NCBI GenBank assembly: GCA_040218735.1
Contig: JAVJQW010000023.1
Coordinates: 160,001-224,000, forward strand
Direction of reading: 5' to 3'
Origin: Deltaproteobacteria bacterium
GTDB taxonomy: Bacteria > Myxococcota > Kuafuiibacteriia > Kuafuiibacteriales > Kuafuiibacteriaceae
Length of the DNA: 64,000 bases
A program made the position numbers and the translations under genes. Below, one piece after another: positions 1 through 11,463 of this stretch. Position 1 is the stretch's first letter. Each line of letters starts with the position of its first letter. The notes under the pieces were generated by a model. That model did no database searches. It worked only from the letters and a program-made list of their open reading frames with translations, and was not told the origin of the DNA.

Positions 1-432
1 GCGCATCAGCCGGTGCGAGTAGTCGATCGGCATCGGCATCAGCTCCGGCGTCTCGTCGACGGCGAAGCCGAACATCATGCCCTGATCGCCCGCGCCGTCG
101 CGGTCGACGCCCATCGCGATGTCCGGGGACTGCTTGTTGATGGCGTTCAGGACGGCGCAGGACTTGTAATCGAAGCCCATGGCGGAGTCGTCGTAGCCGA
201 TCTTCTCGACGACGCCGCGGACGAGATCCTGCACGTCGACGTAGGTCTTGGACGTGACTTCACCGCCGACGATGACGATTCCGGTCATGCACATCGTCTC
301 GACGGCCACGCGGGAATGGGGGTCGCCGGCCAGCAGGGCGTCGAGGATGGTGTCGGACACCTGGTCGCTGACCTTGTCGGGGTGGCCCTCATTTACGGAT
401 TCTGAGGTGAAGACGAAGTCTTTGAGGCTCAT
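1..432 (-). CDS. metK: S-adenosylmethionine synthetase, N-terminal part (runs off window start)
   Basis: Not in ORF track. Manual translation from ATG at 432 gives [31 protein letters not shown]...[10 protein letters not shown]...[12 protein letters not shown], the MetK signature motifs. Confidence 0.97.
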   Translation of the reverse strand, partial: MSLKDFVFTSESVNEGHPDKVSDQVSDTILDALLAGDPHSRVAVETMCMTGIVIVGGEVTSKTYVDVQDLVRGVVEKIGYDDSAMGFDYKSCAVLNAINKQSPDIAMGVDRDGAGDQGMMFGFAVDETPELMPMPIDYSHRLMR

Positions 433-566
433 GTTTGCGGATCTCCTTCGGTTCTCGCGCTTCTTCGATGTTGCGAGCAGCGGGCGTATCAACGCCGCCA
501 GCCATCGTCAACTGCAGCAGTCGCGCGCTTGCGGCCGGGTCTAACCCCACGCTACATTTCGAAACG

Positions 567-1946
567 GTGCCACCACCGAGCGCCGCTGAAACAAAACGCT
601 CCGTCTGTCGTGCGTTGACCAACGTCGTCAAGGCGAGCCGCCTGAGCGGATCGATCGATCCCAAGTCGTTCTTCATGATGGTGAACACCAACTTTGGTGT
701 TCTGCATCGAGGAGGGACGGTGGATCTTCGGCCGTTATGGGACGCGCTCGCCGCGAGTCACCCGGCGACGTCCCTGTACGGCCTGTTCCTCAAGTTCGCG
801 GAATCCATGGAGCACCTCGGGTACGCCGTGGAGCTTCCGCCTCAGGTCGAAGCGCTCGACGACGCCAGCCGCGCGAGCGCGTTCCAAACGTTCTCCGAGC
901 ACGGGTCGCAAGCGGACATCGTATTCGGTGACTCGGGCTCGTTCGAGAGCCTGGACGCGCTGGTCGACAACCAGGTGCAGGAGCTGAACCTCGCGACCGG
1001 TGACCTCAAGCCGTTCATCCCGGACGAGACCCGGCGCCAGATTACGCAGTACGTCGTGTACGCCGTGAAGGCCGCGCCCGTCGGGAAGCTCGTCGACGCA
1101 CACCAGCTCGCCTACCTCGTCGACACGAACTTCGAAGACCTCTTCGACGGCCAGCACTTCGACTTCAACCCCGTCCTCCAGGGCATGCGGGAGCTCGGCG
1201 AGTTCAAGGACGACGACGTGTACGTCGCCATCATTCGACTCGAGCAAAAGCTGCACGGGATGGGCTTCGAGCTCGCGCCCGTCACGCTCAACGTCGATCC
1301 GGCGCACGCCGAGGCGCTCCTGAAGGAAGCCGAAGCCCGAGAGCGCCAGGCCGCGCAGGAGGCCGCGAACGCGGTCGCCCAGACCCGCGCGACGTCGGTC
1401 TCGCAGGTCCCCGAGATCGGCGAGCCGGTCAAGGAGGAGACGAGCGACAAACAGACCCGCAAGGATCGCTCGCTCGCCAAGTACGGCATCAAGAAGAACC
1501 GCTCGAAGCGCGCGCAGATGATCCGCTACGCGGTGCTCGGCGTCGCGGCCGTCGGCGTGCTCGTGTTCGGCGTCGTCACCTGGCCGAACCGCTCCGTGGA
1601 TCCAAACGAGTTCTCCACGACCATCCCGCTCGCGGAAGCCAAGATCCGAGCGAACGGGCTGTACGGAAAGCTGAACGACACCGCGTGGTGGAAGCTCAGC
1701 ACCCAGGAACGCACCGCCCGCATCGCGTCCTTCACGACCTACGTGCAAAAGCGCGGCATCGACCGCGACCTGCAGATCCGCGATCAGCAGGATCGGGTGG
1801 TGGTGAGCGCCACCCGCGACGGTCGAATCGTCGCCGCGAAGTTCTTCGAGTTCGGGACCCGCGACGGCACCATCCCCGAAGAGGTCCGCGAGAAGTTGAA
1901 GCAGACGATCCCGGACGACGCGCAGAAGGTCGTCGAAAAGAACTGA
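567..1946 (+). CDS. Hypothetical membrane-anchored protein with two internal repeats of an ~80-aa domain
   Basis: ORF 435..1946 with normal codon usage. Start uncertain (GTG 567 chosen). One TM segment (YAVLGVAAVGVLVFGVVTW). Duplicated V(N/D)TNF...D(L/F)xP(L/V) unit. Confidence 0.7.
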   Translation: MPPPSAAETKRSVCRALTNVVKASRLSGSIDPKSFFMMVNTNFGVLHRGGTVDLRPLWDALAASHPATSLYGLFLKFAESMEHLGYAVELPPQVEALDDASRASAFQTFSEHGSQADIVFGDSGSFESLDALVDNQVQELNLATGDLKPFIPDETRRQITQYVVYAVKAAPVGKLVDAHQLAYLVDTNFEDLFDGQHFDFNPVLQGMRELGEFKDDDVYVAIIRLEQKLHGMGFELAPVTLNVDPAHAEALLKEAEARERQAAQEAANAVAQTRATSVSQVPEIGEPVKEETSDKQTRKDRSLAKYGIKKNRSKRAQMIRYAVLGVAAVGVLVFGVVTWPNRSVDPNEFSTTIPLAEAKIRANGLYGKLNDTAWWKLSTQERTARIASFTTYVQKRGIDRDLQIRDQQDRVVVSATRDGRIVAAKFFEFGTRDGTIPEEVREKLKQTIPDDAQKVVEKN

Positions 1947-1966
1947 ATGCCGGGCGGCCCGAAGCG

Positions 1967-2671
1967 ATGAGCGCCCCCACCCGCGCCGCGTTGGACTCGA
2001 AGCGCTTCGGCGTGGAGGTGTTCCGCAGCCACGTCGAGGACGCGGACGACGCAACCGCCGCGATCGCTTGCGACGCGGACCTCGTCATCACCCGCGTCCG
2101 CACCCACGACGTCGGACTCGTGCAGCGCCTCGAAGGCGCCGGCTTCTTCCTCACCGACACGCTCGTCTACTTTCGTGGAGAGACCGCGTCGTTCGCGGCG
2201 CCCGGCTCCGTCGACGGCCTCCAGATTCGCGAGGTGCACGCGAAGGAACGCGCCCAGCTCGAAGACGTGTCGCGAGGCGCCTTCGCCGACTTCTTCGGGC
2301 ACTACCACACCGATCCTCGCATCGACGCGGCGGTCGCGACGGAGGGCTACGTCGAGTGGTCGTGCTCGGCGCTCGACTGGACGGATGGCTTCGTCCTCGG
2401 CGCGTTCGACGACGAAGTGCTCACCGGGTTCGCCACCGTGAAGATCGACGACGAGGCGGGGGAGATCGTCCTCAACGGCGTCGCGCCCAACTACCAGCGA
2501 CGCGGAATCTACGGCGCGCTCGTGCAGACCATCGGACACCGGCTCCGCGCGCGCGGCACGAATCGAATCTTCTCGTCGACGCAGATCCAGAACCTGGGAC
2601 CACAGAAGACCTGGGCACGCGCGGGGCTGCTCCCCGCCGAGTCCTGGTACACTTTTCACCGCTGGCCGTGA
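1967..2671 (+). CDS. GNAT acetyltransferase (WecD/RffC-like)
   Basis: LDSKRFG N-terminus, HYHTDPRI...YVEW, acetyl-CoA motif VAPNYQRRGIYGALV, STQIQN. Confidence 0.8.
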   Translation: MSAPTRAALDSKRFGVEVFRSHVEDADDATAAIACDADLVITRVRTHDVGLVQRLEGAGFFLTDTLVYFRGETASFAAPGSVDGLQIREVHAKERAQLEDVSRGAFADFFGHYHTDPRIDAAVATEGYVEWSCSALDWTDGFVLGAFDDEVLTGFATVKIDDEAGEIVLNGVAPNYQRRGIYGALVQTIGHRLRARGTNRIFSSTQIQNLGPQKTWARAGLLPAESWYTFHRWP

Positions 2672-2675
2672 GGCC

Positions 2676-4403
2676 TCACAGCCCGTGCTCGGCGAGGCAG
2701 GCTTCGACGTCGCGCGCCGTCGGTAGGCCGCACGCTTCGAGCACCGCGGCGCGACACACCGACGCATCCACGCTCCGCAGCGCGCGCTTCACCAGCGGTA
2801 TCGAGCCGCCGGTCATCGAGAGGCGCTCGAACCCGAGCCCGATGAGGAGCGGCGCTCGATTCGGGTCCCCGGCGATCTCTCCGCAGAGCGTCACCGGCTT
2901 CTTCGCCGCGCGCGCCGACGCCACGATGTTGGCGAGGATCCGCAACACCGCGGGGTGCGTGACGCCGTAGCGCGCGTTGAGCTCGTCATCGCTCCGGTCC
3001 GCGGCGAGGACGAACTGCAGCAGGTCGTTCGTGCCGACGGAGATGAAGTCGACCTCGTGCAGCAGGTGGTCGACGATCATCGCGGCGGCCGGGGTCTCGA
3101 TCATCACCCCCACGGGCACCGGCTGCGCCAGTGGACCATCGCGCGCTTCCACGCGCGCGCGTGCCTCCTCGATCAAGCGGCGCGCGTGGCGCACTTCGTC
3201 GACGGAGGTCACGAAGGGCAGCAACAACTTCACCGGGCCGTAGCGGCTCGCAGCGAGGATGCCTTCGAGCTGCTCGCCGAAGACGTCGGGATCGGCGAGG
3301 CTCCGCCGGATCGCGCGCTGGCCGAGCATCTCGTTCGCGGTCTGAATCGCGTTCACGTCGGCGAAGCTCTTGTCGCCGCCTTCGTCGAAGGTGCGGATCG
3401 TGACCTCGAGCCCGCCCATCGCCTCGATGACCCGCCGGTAGACGCGCGTGTGCGCCTCGGCGCCGTTCAGATCCGGCTCCTCGATGCGCAGGAACTCGGT
3501 GCGGTACAGCCCGATCCCCTCCGCGCCCTTCTCGAGCAGCGGCTGGACCTCGGGGGACACCTCGACGTTGCCGAGCAGGGTCACGCGCTGGCCATCGCGG
3601 GTCTGGGCGAGGGTGTCGCGATCCGCGAGGAGGACCTCGGCTTCTTCCCGCCGACGACGCGCGAGCGCTTCGTACGCCGCCGTGGTTTCGACGGAGGGCC
3701 GCAACACGACTTCGCCGCGCTCGCCGTCGACGATCAGCTCGTCGCCACTCCCGGCGTGGCGCATGATGCCTTCGGTGCTCAGCACACACGGGACGTCCAG
3801 CGCGCGCGCGAGGATCGCGGTGTGTGAAGTCCGCCCGCCGTGCTCGGTGACGAACGCGAGCGCCGCGAACTTGGCGAGCGCGACGGTGTCCGCGGGCGAC
3901 AGATCGTAGGCGACGATGATGGCGTCGTCGGAGACGTGGTCGAGCAGGTCCGTCGCCTCGCCGACGAGGTTGCGCAGCACACGATCCCCGACGATGTCGA
4001 CGTCGCTCCGCCGCTCGCGGAAGTAGTCCTCCTCGAGCCGCTCGAAGAGCCCCTTGATCTGCGCGACGGTGTCCTTGAGCGCCCACTCCGCGTTCTGGCC
4101 GTCGTCGAGGATGCGCTGGATCGTCGTGTCGCGGAGGGCGGCGTCGCGCAGGATCATCCCGTGCGCGGAGAGCAAGGCTTCGACCTGCGACAGCCCGCTC
4201 TTCGACGCGCGCTGCTCGAGCTCTTCGAGCTGCCGCATCGACGCTCCGACCGCGCGCTCGAAGCGCTCCTTCTCACGTTCGCGGTCGCCGTGCGCGACGT
4301 GATAGTGCGGCACGGTCACCCGGCGACGATCCACGAGGTGGACGCGTCCGAACGCGATCCCTGAGCACACCCCGACGCCCCGAAAGGTCCGCGTCAGGCT
4401 CAC
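2676..4403 (-). CDS. ptsI: PEP-protein phosphotransferase (PTS enzyme I)
   Basis: GGRTSHTAILAR phospho-His motif, GIGLYRTEF, GVMIETP, SVGTNDL, CGE. Confidence 0.97.
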   Translation of the reverse strand: MSLTRTFRGVGVCSGIAFGRVHLVDRRRVTVPHYHVAHGDREREKERFERAVGASMRQLEELEQRASKSGLSQVEALLSAHGMILRDAALRDTTIQRILDDGQNAEWALKDTVAQIKGLFERLEEDYFRERRSDVDIVGDRVLRNLVGEATDLLDHVSDDAIIVAYDLSPADTVALAKFAALAFVTEHGGRTSHTAILARALDVPCVLSTEGIMRHAGSGDELIVDGERGEVVLRPSVETTAAYEALARRRREEAEVLLADRDTLAQTRDGQRVTLLGNVEVSPEVQPLLEKGAEGIGLYRTEFLRIEEPDLNGAEAHTRVYRRVIEAMGGLEVTIRTFDEGGDKSFADVNAIQTANEMLGQRAIRRSLADPDVFGEQLEGILAASRYGPVKLLLPFVTSVDEVRHARRLIEEARARVEARDGPLAQPVPVGVMIETPAAAMIVDHLLHEVDFISVGTNDLLQFVLAADRSDDELNARYGVTHPAVLRILANIVASARAAKKPVTLCGEIAGDPNRAPLLIGLGFERLSMTGGSIPLVKRALRSVDASVCRAAVLEACGLPTARDVEACLAEHGL

Positions 4404-5218
4404 GCGGTCCCCTCGTCGAAGCCGGAGGCGAACAGCGCCGCGATGCGCTCGTACGACGCGCGGGCGTCCGGTCCGCTCACCACGATGTCGAGCACGGCAC
4501 CCCGCGCGGCCCCGAGGGTCGTGAGACCGAGGAGGCTCTTCGCGTTCACCATCTGCCCGTCGCGTCCGACCTCGATGTCCGCGGCCAAGCTCCCCGCGAG
4601 CCGTGCGAAGACGTGCGCCGCGCGCAGGTGCAGCCCGCGCTCGTTCACGACCTCGAGCTGACCGCGCACGGTCTCACCGTCCTCGACCGGCGGGGACGAC
4701 GCGGCGGCGGGTGCGGAGGGCTCGGATCCCAGCGGCTCGCCGTGGGCGTTCTTGCGATCGTCGTCGGGGAGGGGCTGCACCACGACCCGGACGCCGCGTC
4801 CCTCGATCGCGGTGATCACGGCGTAGTCCGACTCGCCGAGGTGCACCGACGGGTGCACTTCGCCGCGGCCCGGTGCACTCGGGACGTGCCCGATGTTGAG
4901 CTCGTCGAACAGCAGCCCGAACCGCAACGCAGCGAGCGCCGAATCGAGCGACGAGAACAACACGATCGCGGGGCGGTCCAACACGATGCTCTTCATCGCC
5001 GCGGCGACCTTCGTCTCGCTCGTGAAGCAGACCTCCACCGCGTCCATCGCGGACATCTCCAGGATGGTCCGCTGCCGATCGTTCTTCTCGACCCGCTCGT
5101 CGGCGATGATGATCCACTCTGCGCCGAGCGCCGGGACCCATGCGTTCATCAGCGTCGCGTGAACGAGCCGCGGATCCACGCGGAAGAGAATGGTCCGCGC
5201 CTCAGGCATCCTGCTCAC
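4400..5218 (-). CDS. Fused mannose-type PTS EIIB domain plus HPr
   Basis: N-terminal RVDPRLVH (EIIB-Man). C-terminal VVNERGLHLRAA (HPr His15) and VNAKSLLGL (Ser46), joined by a Pro/Ala linker. Confidence 0.88.
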   Translation of the reverse strand: MSRMPEARTILFRVDPRLVHATLMNAWVPALGAEWIIIADERVEKNDRQRTILEMSAMDAVEVCFTSETKVAAAMKSIVLDRPAIVLFSSLDSALAALRFGLLFDELNIGHVPSAPGRGEVHPSVHLGESDYAVITAIEGRGVRVVVQPLPDDDRKNAHGEPLGSEPSAPAAASSPPVEDGETVRGQLEVVNERGLHLRAAHVFARLAGSLAADIEVGRDGQMVNAKSLLGLTTLGAARGAVLDIVVSGPDARASYERIAALFASGFDEGTA

Positions 5219-5618
5219 GCTCCTTCAGCAGCTCACTCGCGACGATGACGTTGCGCTGCCCGTAGAACTTGAGGAGCTGCGCGAGCGACGACAGGTCCGT
5301 CGACGTCGCGATCGCCGACGACAGCTTGAGCAGCATCGGCAAGTTGCACCCGGTCACGACTTCGATGCGTTGGTCGCCGACCATCCGCAGCGCGACGTTG
5401 GATGCGGTCCCGCCGAACATGTCGGCGAGGATGAGCACGCCGTCCCCGGCGTCGACCCGAACGACCGCGGCGCGGATGCGCTCCTCGACCTCGTTCAGCG
5501 GCTCATGACGCGAGATCGCGAGCGCCTCGGCGGACGGAAAGGGGCCGACGATCTCCCCCGCGGTGCCGAGCAGCGCTTCCGCGAGCTGCCCGTGGCTGAC
5601 GACCAACAGACCGATCAA
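5202..5618 (-). CDS. Mannose/fructose-type PTS EIIA
   Basis: IGLLVVSHG, DMFGGTASN, VVTGCNLPML. Confidence 0.93.
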   Translation of the reverse strand: MIGLLVVSHGQLAEALLGTAGEIVGPFPSAEALAISRHEPLNEVEERIRAAVVRVDAGDGVLILADMFGGTASNVALRMVGDQRIEVVTGCNLPMLLKLSSAIATSTDLSSLAQLLKFYGQRNVIVASELLKEREQDA

Positions 5619-5651
5619 GAACTGCGGATTCTACCCGATCTTCGGGCGGCC

Positions 5652-6524
5652 CTAGCGTGAAACGTCACGATGGCGGACGTGCACGCGACGCCCCCCCTCC
5701 GCGAGGTATTCTGCGACCCGCTCGGCGATCGCGACGGACCGGTGGCGGCCCCCCGTACAGCCGATCGCGACCGTCACGTATGCCTTCCCCTCCTTTTCGT
5801 AGCGAGGGAGGAGGAAGTCGACCATCGGCAGGAGCCGCTCCAGAAAGGCCACCGTATCCTCGTTCGTGAGGACGAACTTCGAGACCTCCGGGTCCTTCCC
5901 GGACTGCTCGCGGAGCCCCTCGACGAAGTAAGGGTTGGGGAGGAACCGGACGTCGAAGACCAGGTTGGCGTCCGAGGGGGTGCCGTACTTGAAACCGAAC
6001 GACGTCACCGTCACGGAGAGCTGCGCCATCCGCTCCGACCCGCCGAAGGCGTGTTGGATCGTCCGTCGCAGGTCGTGCACGGACATCTCGGTCGTATCGA
6101 TCGTCGTGGTCGCGGCCTGCGCGAGCGCCCCGAGGAGCTGGCGCTCCGCGGCGATGCCGGTCTCGACCGAACCGTCGATCGACAGCGGGTGTCGCCGACG
6201 TGTCTCCGAGAACCGACGCTCGAGCGCGGCGTCCGAGGCCTCGAGGAACACGAGGTCGACGTCGTGGCCCCCGGCGCGCGTCACCTCCAGCGCCCTCGGC
6301 ACACTCGCGAGCGCGTGGCCCTCGTCGGTGGCGCCCGCCGTGCGCGAGTCGACGACGAGCGCGACCTTCGACAGCTCGCGGTCCGCCGACGAGAACAGCT
6401 CGACCAACCCGTCGAGCAGGCGGATGGGGAGGTTGTCGATCGCGTAGTAACCGACATCCTCCAACGCACGGAGCGCGTTGGTCTTGCCGCTCCCGCTCAT
6501 CCCCGTGATGACGACGATCTGCAT
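5652..6524 (-). CDS. rapZ: RNase adapter RapZ (YhbJ/YvcJ family)
   Basis: ITGMSGSGK, IDNLP, SFGFKYG, DVRFLPNP, GCTGGRHRSV. Confidence 0.96.
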   Translation of the reverse strand: MQIVVITGMSGSGKTNALRALEDVGYYAIDNLPIRLLDGLVELFSSADRELSKVALVVDSRTAGATDEGHALASVPRALEVTRAGGHDVDLVFLEASDAALERRFSETRRRHPLSIDGSVETGIAAERQLLGALAQAATTTIDTTEMSVHDLRRTIQHAFGGSERMAQLSVTVTSFGFKYGTPSDANLVFDVRFLPNPYFVEGLREQSGKDPEVSKFVLTNEDTVAFLERLLPMVDFLLPRYEKEGKAYVTVAIGCTGGRHRSVAIAERVAEYLAEGGRRVHVRHRDVSR

Positions 6525-7532
6525 CTACTCGACCTCGTCTTCCAGGTGGTCCGTCGCATCGAAGATCGCCTCGGCGACCTGCCCCAGCACCGGCGGTGAA
6601 GTCGGCTCCGACTCCAGCGCTTCCATGATCCTCAGGTTGAGCTGCTGGGGTGCGTTGTGCCCGCGCATGAGCAGCAGCAGGTTGCGGGCGGCGACCTCCA
6701 CGATGTTCGCGACGTTGCGTCCCGGTTGGACGGGAATCAAGAGCGACCGGACCTGGATGCCCAAGATGTCATACGTGCGCTCGTCGAGGCCCGTCCGATC
6801 GTAGGTCGTGCCTTGGGTCCAGGCCTCGAGCTCGACGTGGAGCTCGATGCGTTTGTGATCGCGCGTCGCGACCACGCCGTACAGCTCGGCGACGTTCAGG
6901 ATGCCCAAACCGCGGACCTCGATCAGGTGTTGGATCAACGCGGACGCCTGGCCGACCAGGTCCTCGCCGCGACGTCGGATCTCCACGACGTCGTCCGCGA
7001 CGAGTCTGTAGCCGCGCGACACGAGGTCGAGCGCGCACTCACTCTTGCCGATCCCCGACTTGCCGGTGATCAAGACGCCGACGCCGTTCACGTCGACGAG
7101 CACGCCGTGCACCGAGCAGCGCGGTGACAGCATGTCGTCGAGGTAGCTGAGGATCTTTCGGATGGCCTCCGACGAGGTCATCTGTGTGACGAACAGCGGC
7201 GTCGCCCGCCGCTCGCAGGCACGGATCAGGAGGTCGGGCAGGTGTAGGCCCTTCGTGACGACGACGCAGGCGAGGTCGAGCGCGAGGAAACCTTCGATCG
7301 CCAGCGCCGACGCGGCCTGGTCGAGCGTCGCGAGATAGGACAGCTCCGTCTCGCCGAGGATCTGCACGCGATCGCTGTGGACGAACGACGTGAACCCCGC
7401 GAGCGCGAGCCCCGGTTTCTGGATGCGCGCGCTCTTGAGGTGCCGGTGCATCCCGAAGCCGCCGGCGACCAGCTCCAACCCGATCGGCCCGGACGCGTGC
7501 TCGTAGAAGTCGCGGACGCTGATCTCGACCAT
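6525..7532 (-). CDS. hprK: HPr kinase/phosphorylase
   Basis: HGVLVDVNGVGVLITGKSGIGKSECALDL, LVADD, IEVRGLGI, PGRN. Start trimmed to ATG 7532. Confidence 0.96.
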   Translation of the reverse strand: MVEISVRDFYEHASGPIGLELVAGGFGMHRHLKSARIQKPGLALAGFTSFVHSDRVQILGETELSYLATLDQAASALAIEGFLALDLACVVVTKGLHLPDLLIRACERRATPLFVTQMTSSEAIRKILSYLDDMLSPRCSVHGVLVDVNGVGVLITGKSGIGKSECALDLVSRGYRLVADDVVEIRRRGEDLVGQASALIQHLIEVRGLGILNVAELYGVVATRDHKRIELHVELEAWTQGTTYDRTGLDERTYDILGIQVRSLLIPVQPGRNVANIVEVAARNLLLLMRGHNAPQQLNLRIMEALESEPTSPPVLGQVAEAIFDATDHLEDEVE

Positions 7533-7546
7533 CGCCGGGACGCCTC

Positions 7547-8014
7547 TCACGACAGGGTTGCATCCTTGTCGACCAGGAGGGTCCACATCGTCTCGGGCCC
7601 GTCGGCCACCAGCAGCGCGTCACGGAGCGCGGTGTCCTTGAACAACCGCGACATCCGCGCGAGGGCCTTGAGGTGCAGCCCCGACCCCACCCCTTCGGGC
7701 GCGAGGATCGTCATGAAGAGGAACGTGGGTTTTTTGTCGAGCGCGCCGAACTCGACCCCTTCCCGACTGCGGCCAAAACACGCGACGGGCTGGTCGAGGC
7801 GCTCCAGCCGGGCGTGCGGGATCGCGATCTGCGGGGAGACCCCGGTCGAGGCGATGCGCTCGCGCTCGATCAGGTAGCGGTGCGCGAGGTCGCGATCGAC
7901 CTGGGGGACGTGCTTGGCGATATGGGTCACCAGCTCGCCGAGGACCTCGTCACGCGTACGTGCGCCGAGCTCCGCGACGATGAGATCCTTCGACATCATG
8001 TCGACGACCCGCAT
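7547..8014 (-). CDS. ptsN: PTS EIIA(Ntr)
   Basis: ERERIASTG...IAIPHAR, HLKALARMSR; position in rpoN operon. Confidence 0.93.
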   Translation of the reverse strand: MRVVDMMSKDLIVAELGARTRDEVLGELVTHIAKHVPQVDRDLAHRYLIERERIASTGVSPQIAIPHARLERLDQPVACFGRSREGVEFGALDKKPTFLFMTILAPEGVGSGLHLKALARMSRLFKDTALRDALLVADGPETMWTLLVDKDATLS

Positions 8015-8074
8015 CGCTTCGCGACCCTACTGAAATCCTTGGATCGCGTCCAAGGAAGATTTCGAAGCACACGC

Positions 8075-8623
8075 CTACGCGGCGTGCGCTTCGATCAGGC
8101 CGTATTGGCCGTCGGGCAGTCGGTACACCACGTTCACGTGGTGACTGATCGCGTTCGTGAAAACCAGGAAGTCGGAGTTGAGGAGGTCCATCTTCATGAC
8201 CGCCTCGTCGACGTTCATCTCCTTGGCGACGATCGTCTCCTGCCGAACGATCTGCGGGATCTCGACCTGCTCGTCCTTCTCCTCGACCGCGAGCACCTGG
8301 TGCGGCAGCTCGCGTCCGATGGACGACGACTCGCGGTGGCTCTTGATCTTCTCGCGGTAGCGCTTGACCTGCCGGACGATGCGCTCCACCGCCGCGTCGA
8401 TCGAAGCGTACATGTCCTCGGACTTGTCGATGCCGCGCATGCGCAGCGACCCGTCCGTCAGCAGCTCGATGTGCGCGACGTGAAGATGTTTCTCGACGCT
8501 GAGCACGACCTGCGCTTCGCCTCCCCGGTCGATCAACTTCGTGATCTTGTCGACCTTCTCCTCCGCGTACTCCCGAATCGGGTCGCTGGCTTTCATGTGG
8601 CGAAACGTCACCGAACACTTCAT
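8075..8623 (-). CDS. hpf: Ribosome hibernation promoting factor (long HPF)
   Basis: VTFRHM...IREYAEEK, DMYASID, C-terminal FLVF...VVYRLPDGQYGLIE. Confidence 0.94.
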   Translation of the reverse strand: MKCSVTFRHMKASDPIREYAEEKVDKITKLIDRGGEAQVVLSVEKHLHVAHIELLTDGSLRMRGIDKSEDMYASIDAAVERIVRQVKRYREKIKSHRESSSIGRELPHQVLAVEEKDEQVEIPQIVRQETIVAKEMNVDEAVMKMDLLNSDFLVFTNAISHHVNVVYRLPDGQYGLIEAHAA

Positions 8624-8648
8624 GCGGTCGAGTCCCCTTCTTTCGTTG

Positions 8649-10121
<1,473 letters not shown>

Positions 10122-10206
10122 CGGTGACGACAAGAGATAGCACGTCACGAATCCTCGATAAAGCGATCGGAGGAAAGTTGGCCCGTTTCTTGACGGGGCC
10201 TTGACA

Positions 10207-10941
10207 TCAGAGCCGGAAGTCGTCCCCGAGATATTGGGCGCGCGCCGCTTCGCTGTTGGCGATCGCTTCCTTCGTCCCGTGCTCGAGCACCCGCCCCGTC
10301 ACCAGGATGTACGCGCGCGTGCAGATGCCGAGCGTCTCACGCACGTTGTGGTCGGTGATCAGTACACCGATCCCCCGCTCCGTGAGGCGGGCGATCGAAC
10401 CCTGCAGATCGGCGACCGCGATCGGGTCGATCCCGGCGAACGGCTCGTCGAGCAGCACGAACTTCGGATCCATCGCCAGGCATCGGGCGATCTCCAGCCG
10501 CCGCCGCTCACCGCCGGAGAGCTGCTCGCCGAGGCTGTCCTTCACGTGGCGGATCTCCATCTCGTCGATCAACGCCTCTGCGCGCGCGTGGCGCTCGCTT
10601 CGATTCAGCGTCGTCAGCTCCAGCACCGCGAGCAAGTTGTCCTGCACGCTCATCCGCCGGAACACCGAGGCCTCCTGGGGCAGGTACCCCAGGCCGCGCC
10701 GCGCACGTTCGTGGATCGGGAGCCGCGTCAGCTCGACGCCGCCGAGCCGCACCGCGCCTGCCTCCGGGCGCACCAGCCCCACGACCATGTTGAACGAGGT
10801 CGTCTTCCCCGCCCCGTTCGGACCGAGCAGCCCCACGACCTCGCCGCGGTTCACCTCGAAGGACACCCGGTCCACCACCCGCCGCGCGCGGTAGGACTTC
10901 ACGAGCTCGTGCGCGACGAGCCCCTCCGACGCCTCGCTCAT
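10207..10941 (-). CDS. lptB: LPS export ABC ATPase
   Basis: GLLGPNGAGKTT, YLPQEASVF, LSGGERRR, DEPFAGIDP, ITDHNVRETL. Start at ATG 10941. Confidence 0.96.
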   Translation of the reverse strand: MSEASEGLVAHELVKSYRARRVVDRVSFEVNRGEVVGLLGPNGAGKTTSFNMVVGLVRPEAGAVRLGGVELTRLPIHERARRGLGYLPQEASVFRRMSVQDNLLAVLELTTLNRSERHARAEALIDEMEIRHVKDSLGEQLSGGERRRLEIARCLAMDPKFVLLDEPFAGIDPIAVADLQGSIARLTERGIGVLITDHNVRETLGICTRAYILVTGRVLEHGTKEAIANSEAARAQYLGDDFRL

Positions 10942-11432
10942 GGGCGCGGCTCGGGCGGACACGCCCGCAGGGACGGGGCCTTCTTCCCCTTCGGCTCGAA
11001 CGAGAAGCGGCTCCCCTTCCCCTCCACGGAGAGCTTGTCGCGGCCGATGTCGTAGACGATTCGGTCGCCCGAGAGCATCGCGTCCGGGGCGTAGACCTTC
11101 GCCTTGCCGAAGAGCGTCACGGCGTCGCGCTCGGCCACGAACACCGCGACGTCCGCGCGGGCCATCGTGCCGTCGGGCCGGACGATCACCACGTCGCCGC
11201 GGCAGGTGACGCGCTCGATGCGCTGCTCCGAGTACTTGGCCTCGGCTTCGTCGCAGCAGACGACGACGTCTTCGCGCTCGATCACCACGTCGCCGCGCGC
11301 ACGCCCGACCTTCTTCTCGAGGTCGATCTCCAGCCCGCCGGTCGACCGCATCTGGACCGGACGGTCGTCGGCGAGGCGCTGCGCCGGGGCGGCCAACGTG
11401 AACAGCACCCCGAGCAGGAGCCAGCGCGACAC
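10938..11432 (-). CDS. lptA: LptA/OstA-family LPS transport periplasmic protein
   Basis: Signal peptide, beta-jellyroll pattern (GDVVI..., GDRIVYD), overlaps lptB start. Confidence 0.85.
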   Translation of the reverse strand: MSRWLLLGVLFTLAAPAQRLADDRPVQMRSTGGLEIDLEKKVGRARGDVVIEREDVVVCCDEAEAKYSEQRIERVTCRGDVVIVRPDGTMARADVAVFVAERDAVTLFGKAKVYAPDAMLSGDRIVYDIGRDKLSVEGKGSRFSFEPKGKKAPSLRACPPEPRP

Positions 11433-11463
11433 GCCGGCATCGCACCGCCGATGGCCGTCTCGG

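Noticed and set aside
13-405. 130-aa plus-strand ORF
   Set aside because: Antisense shadow of metK.
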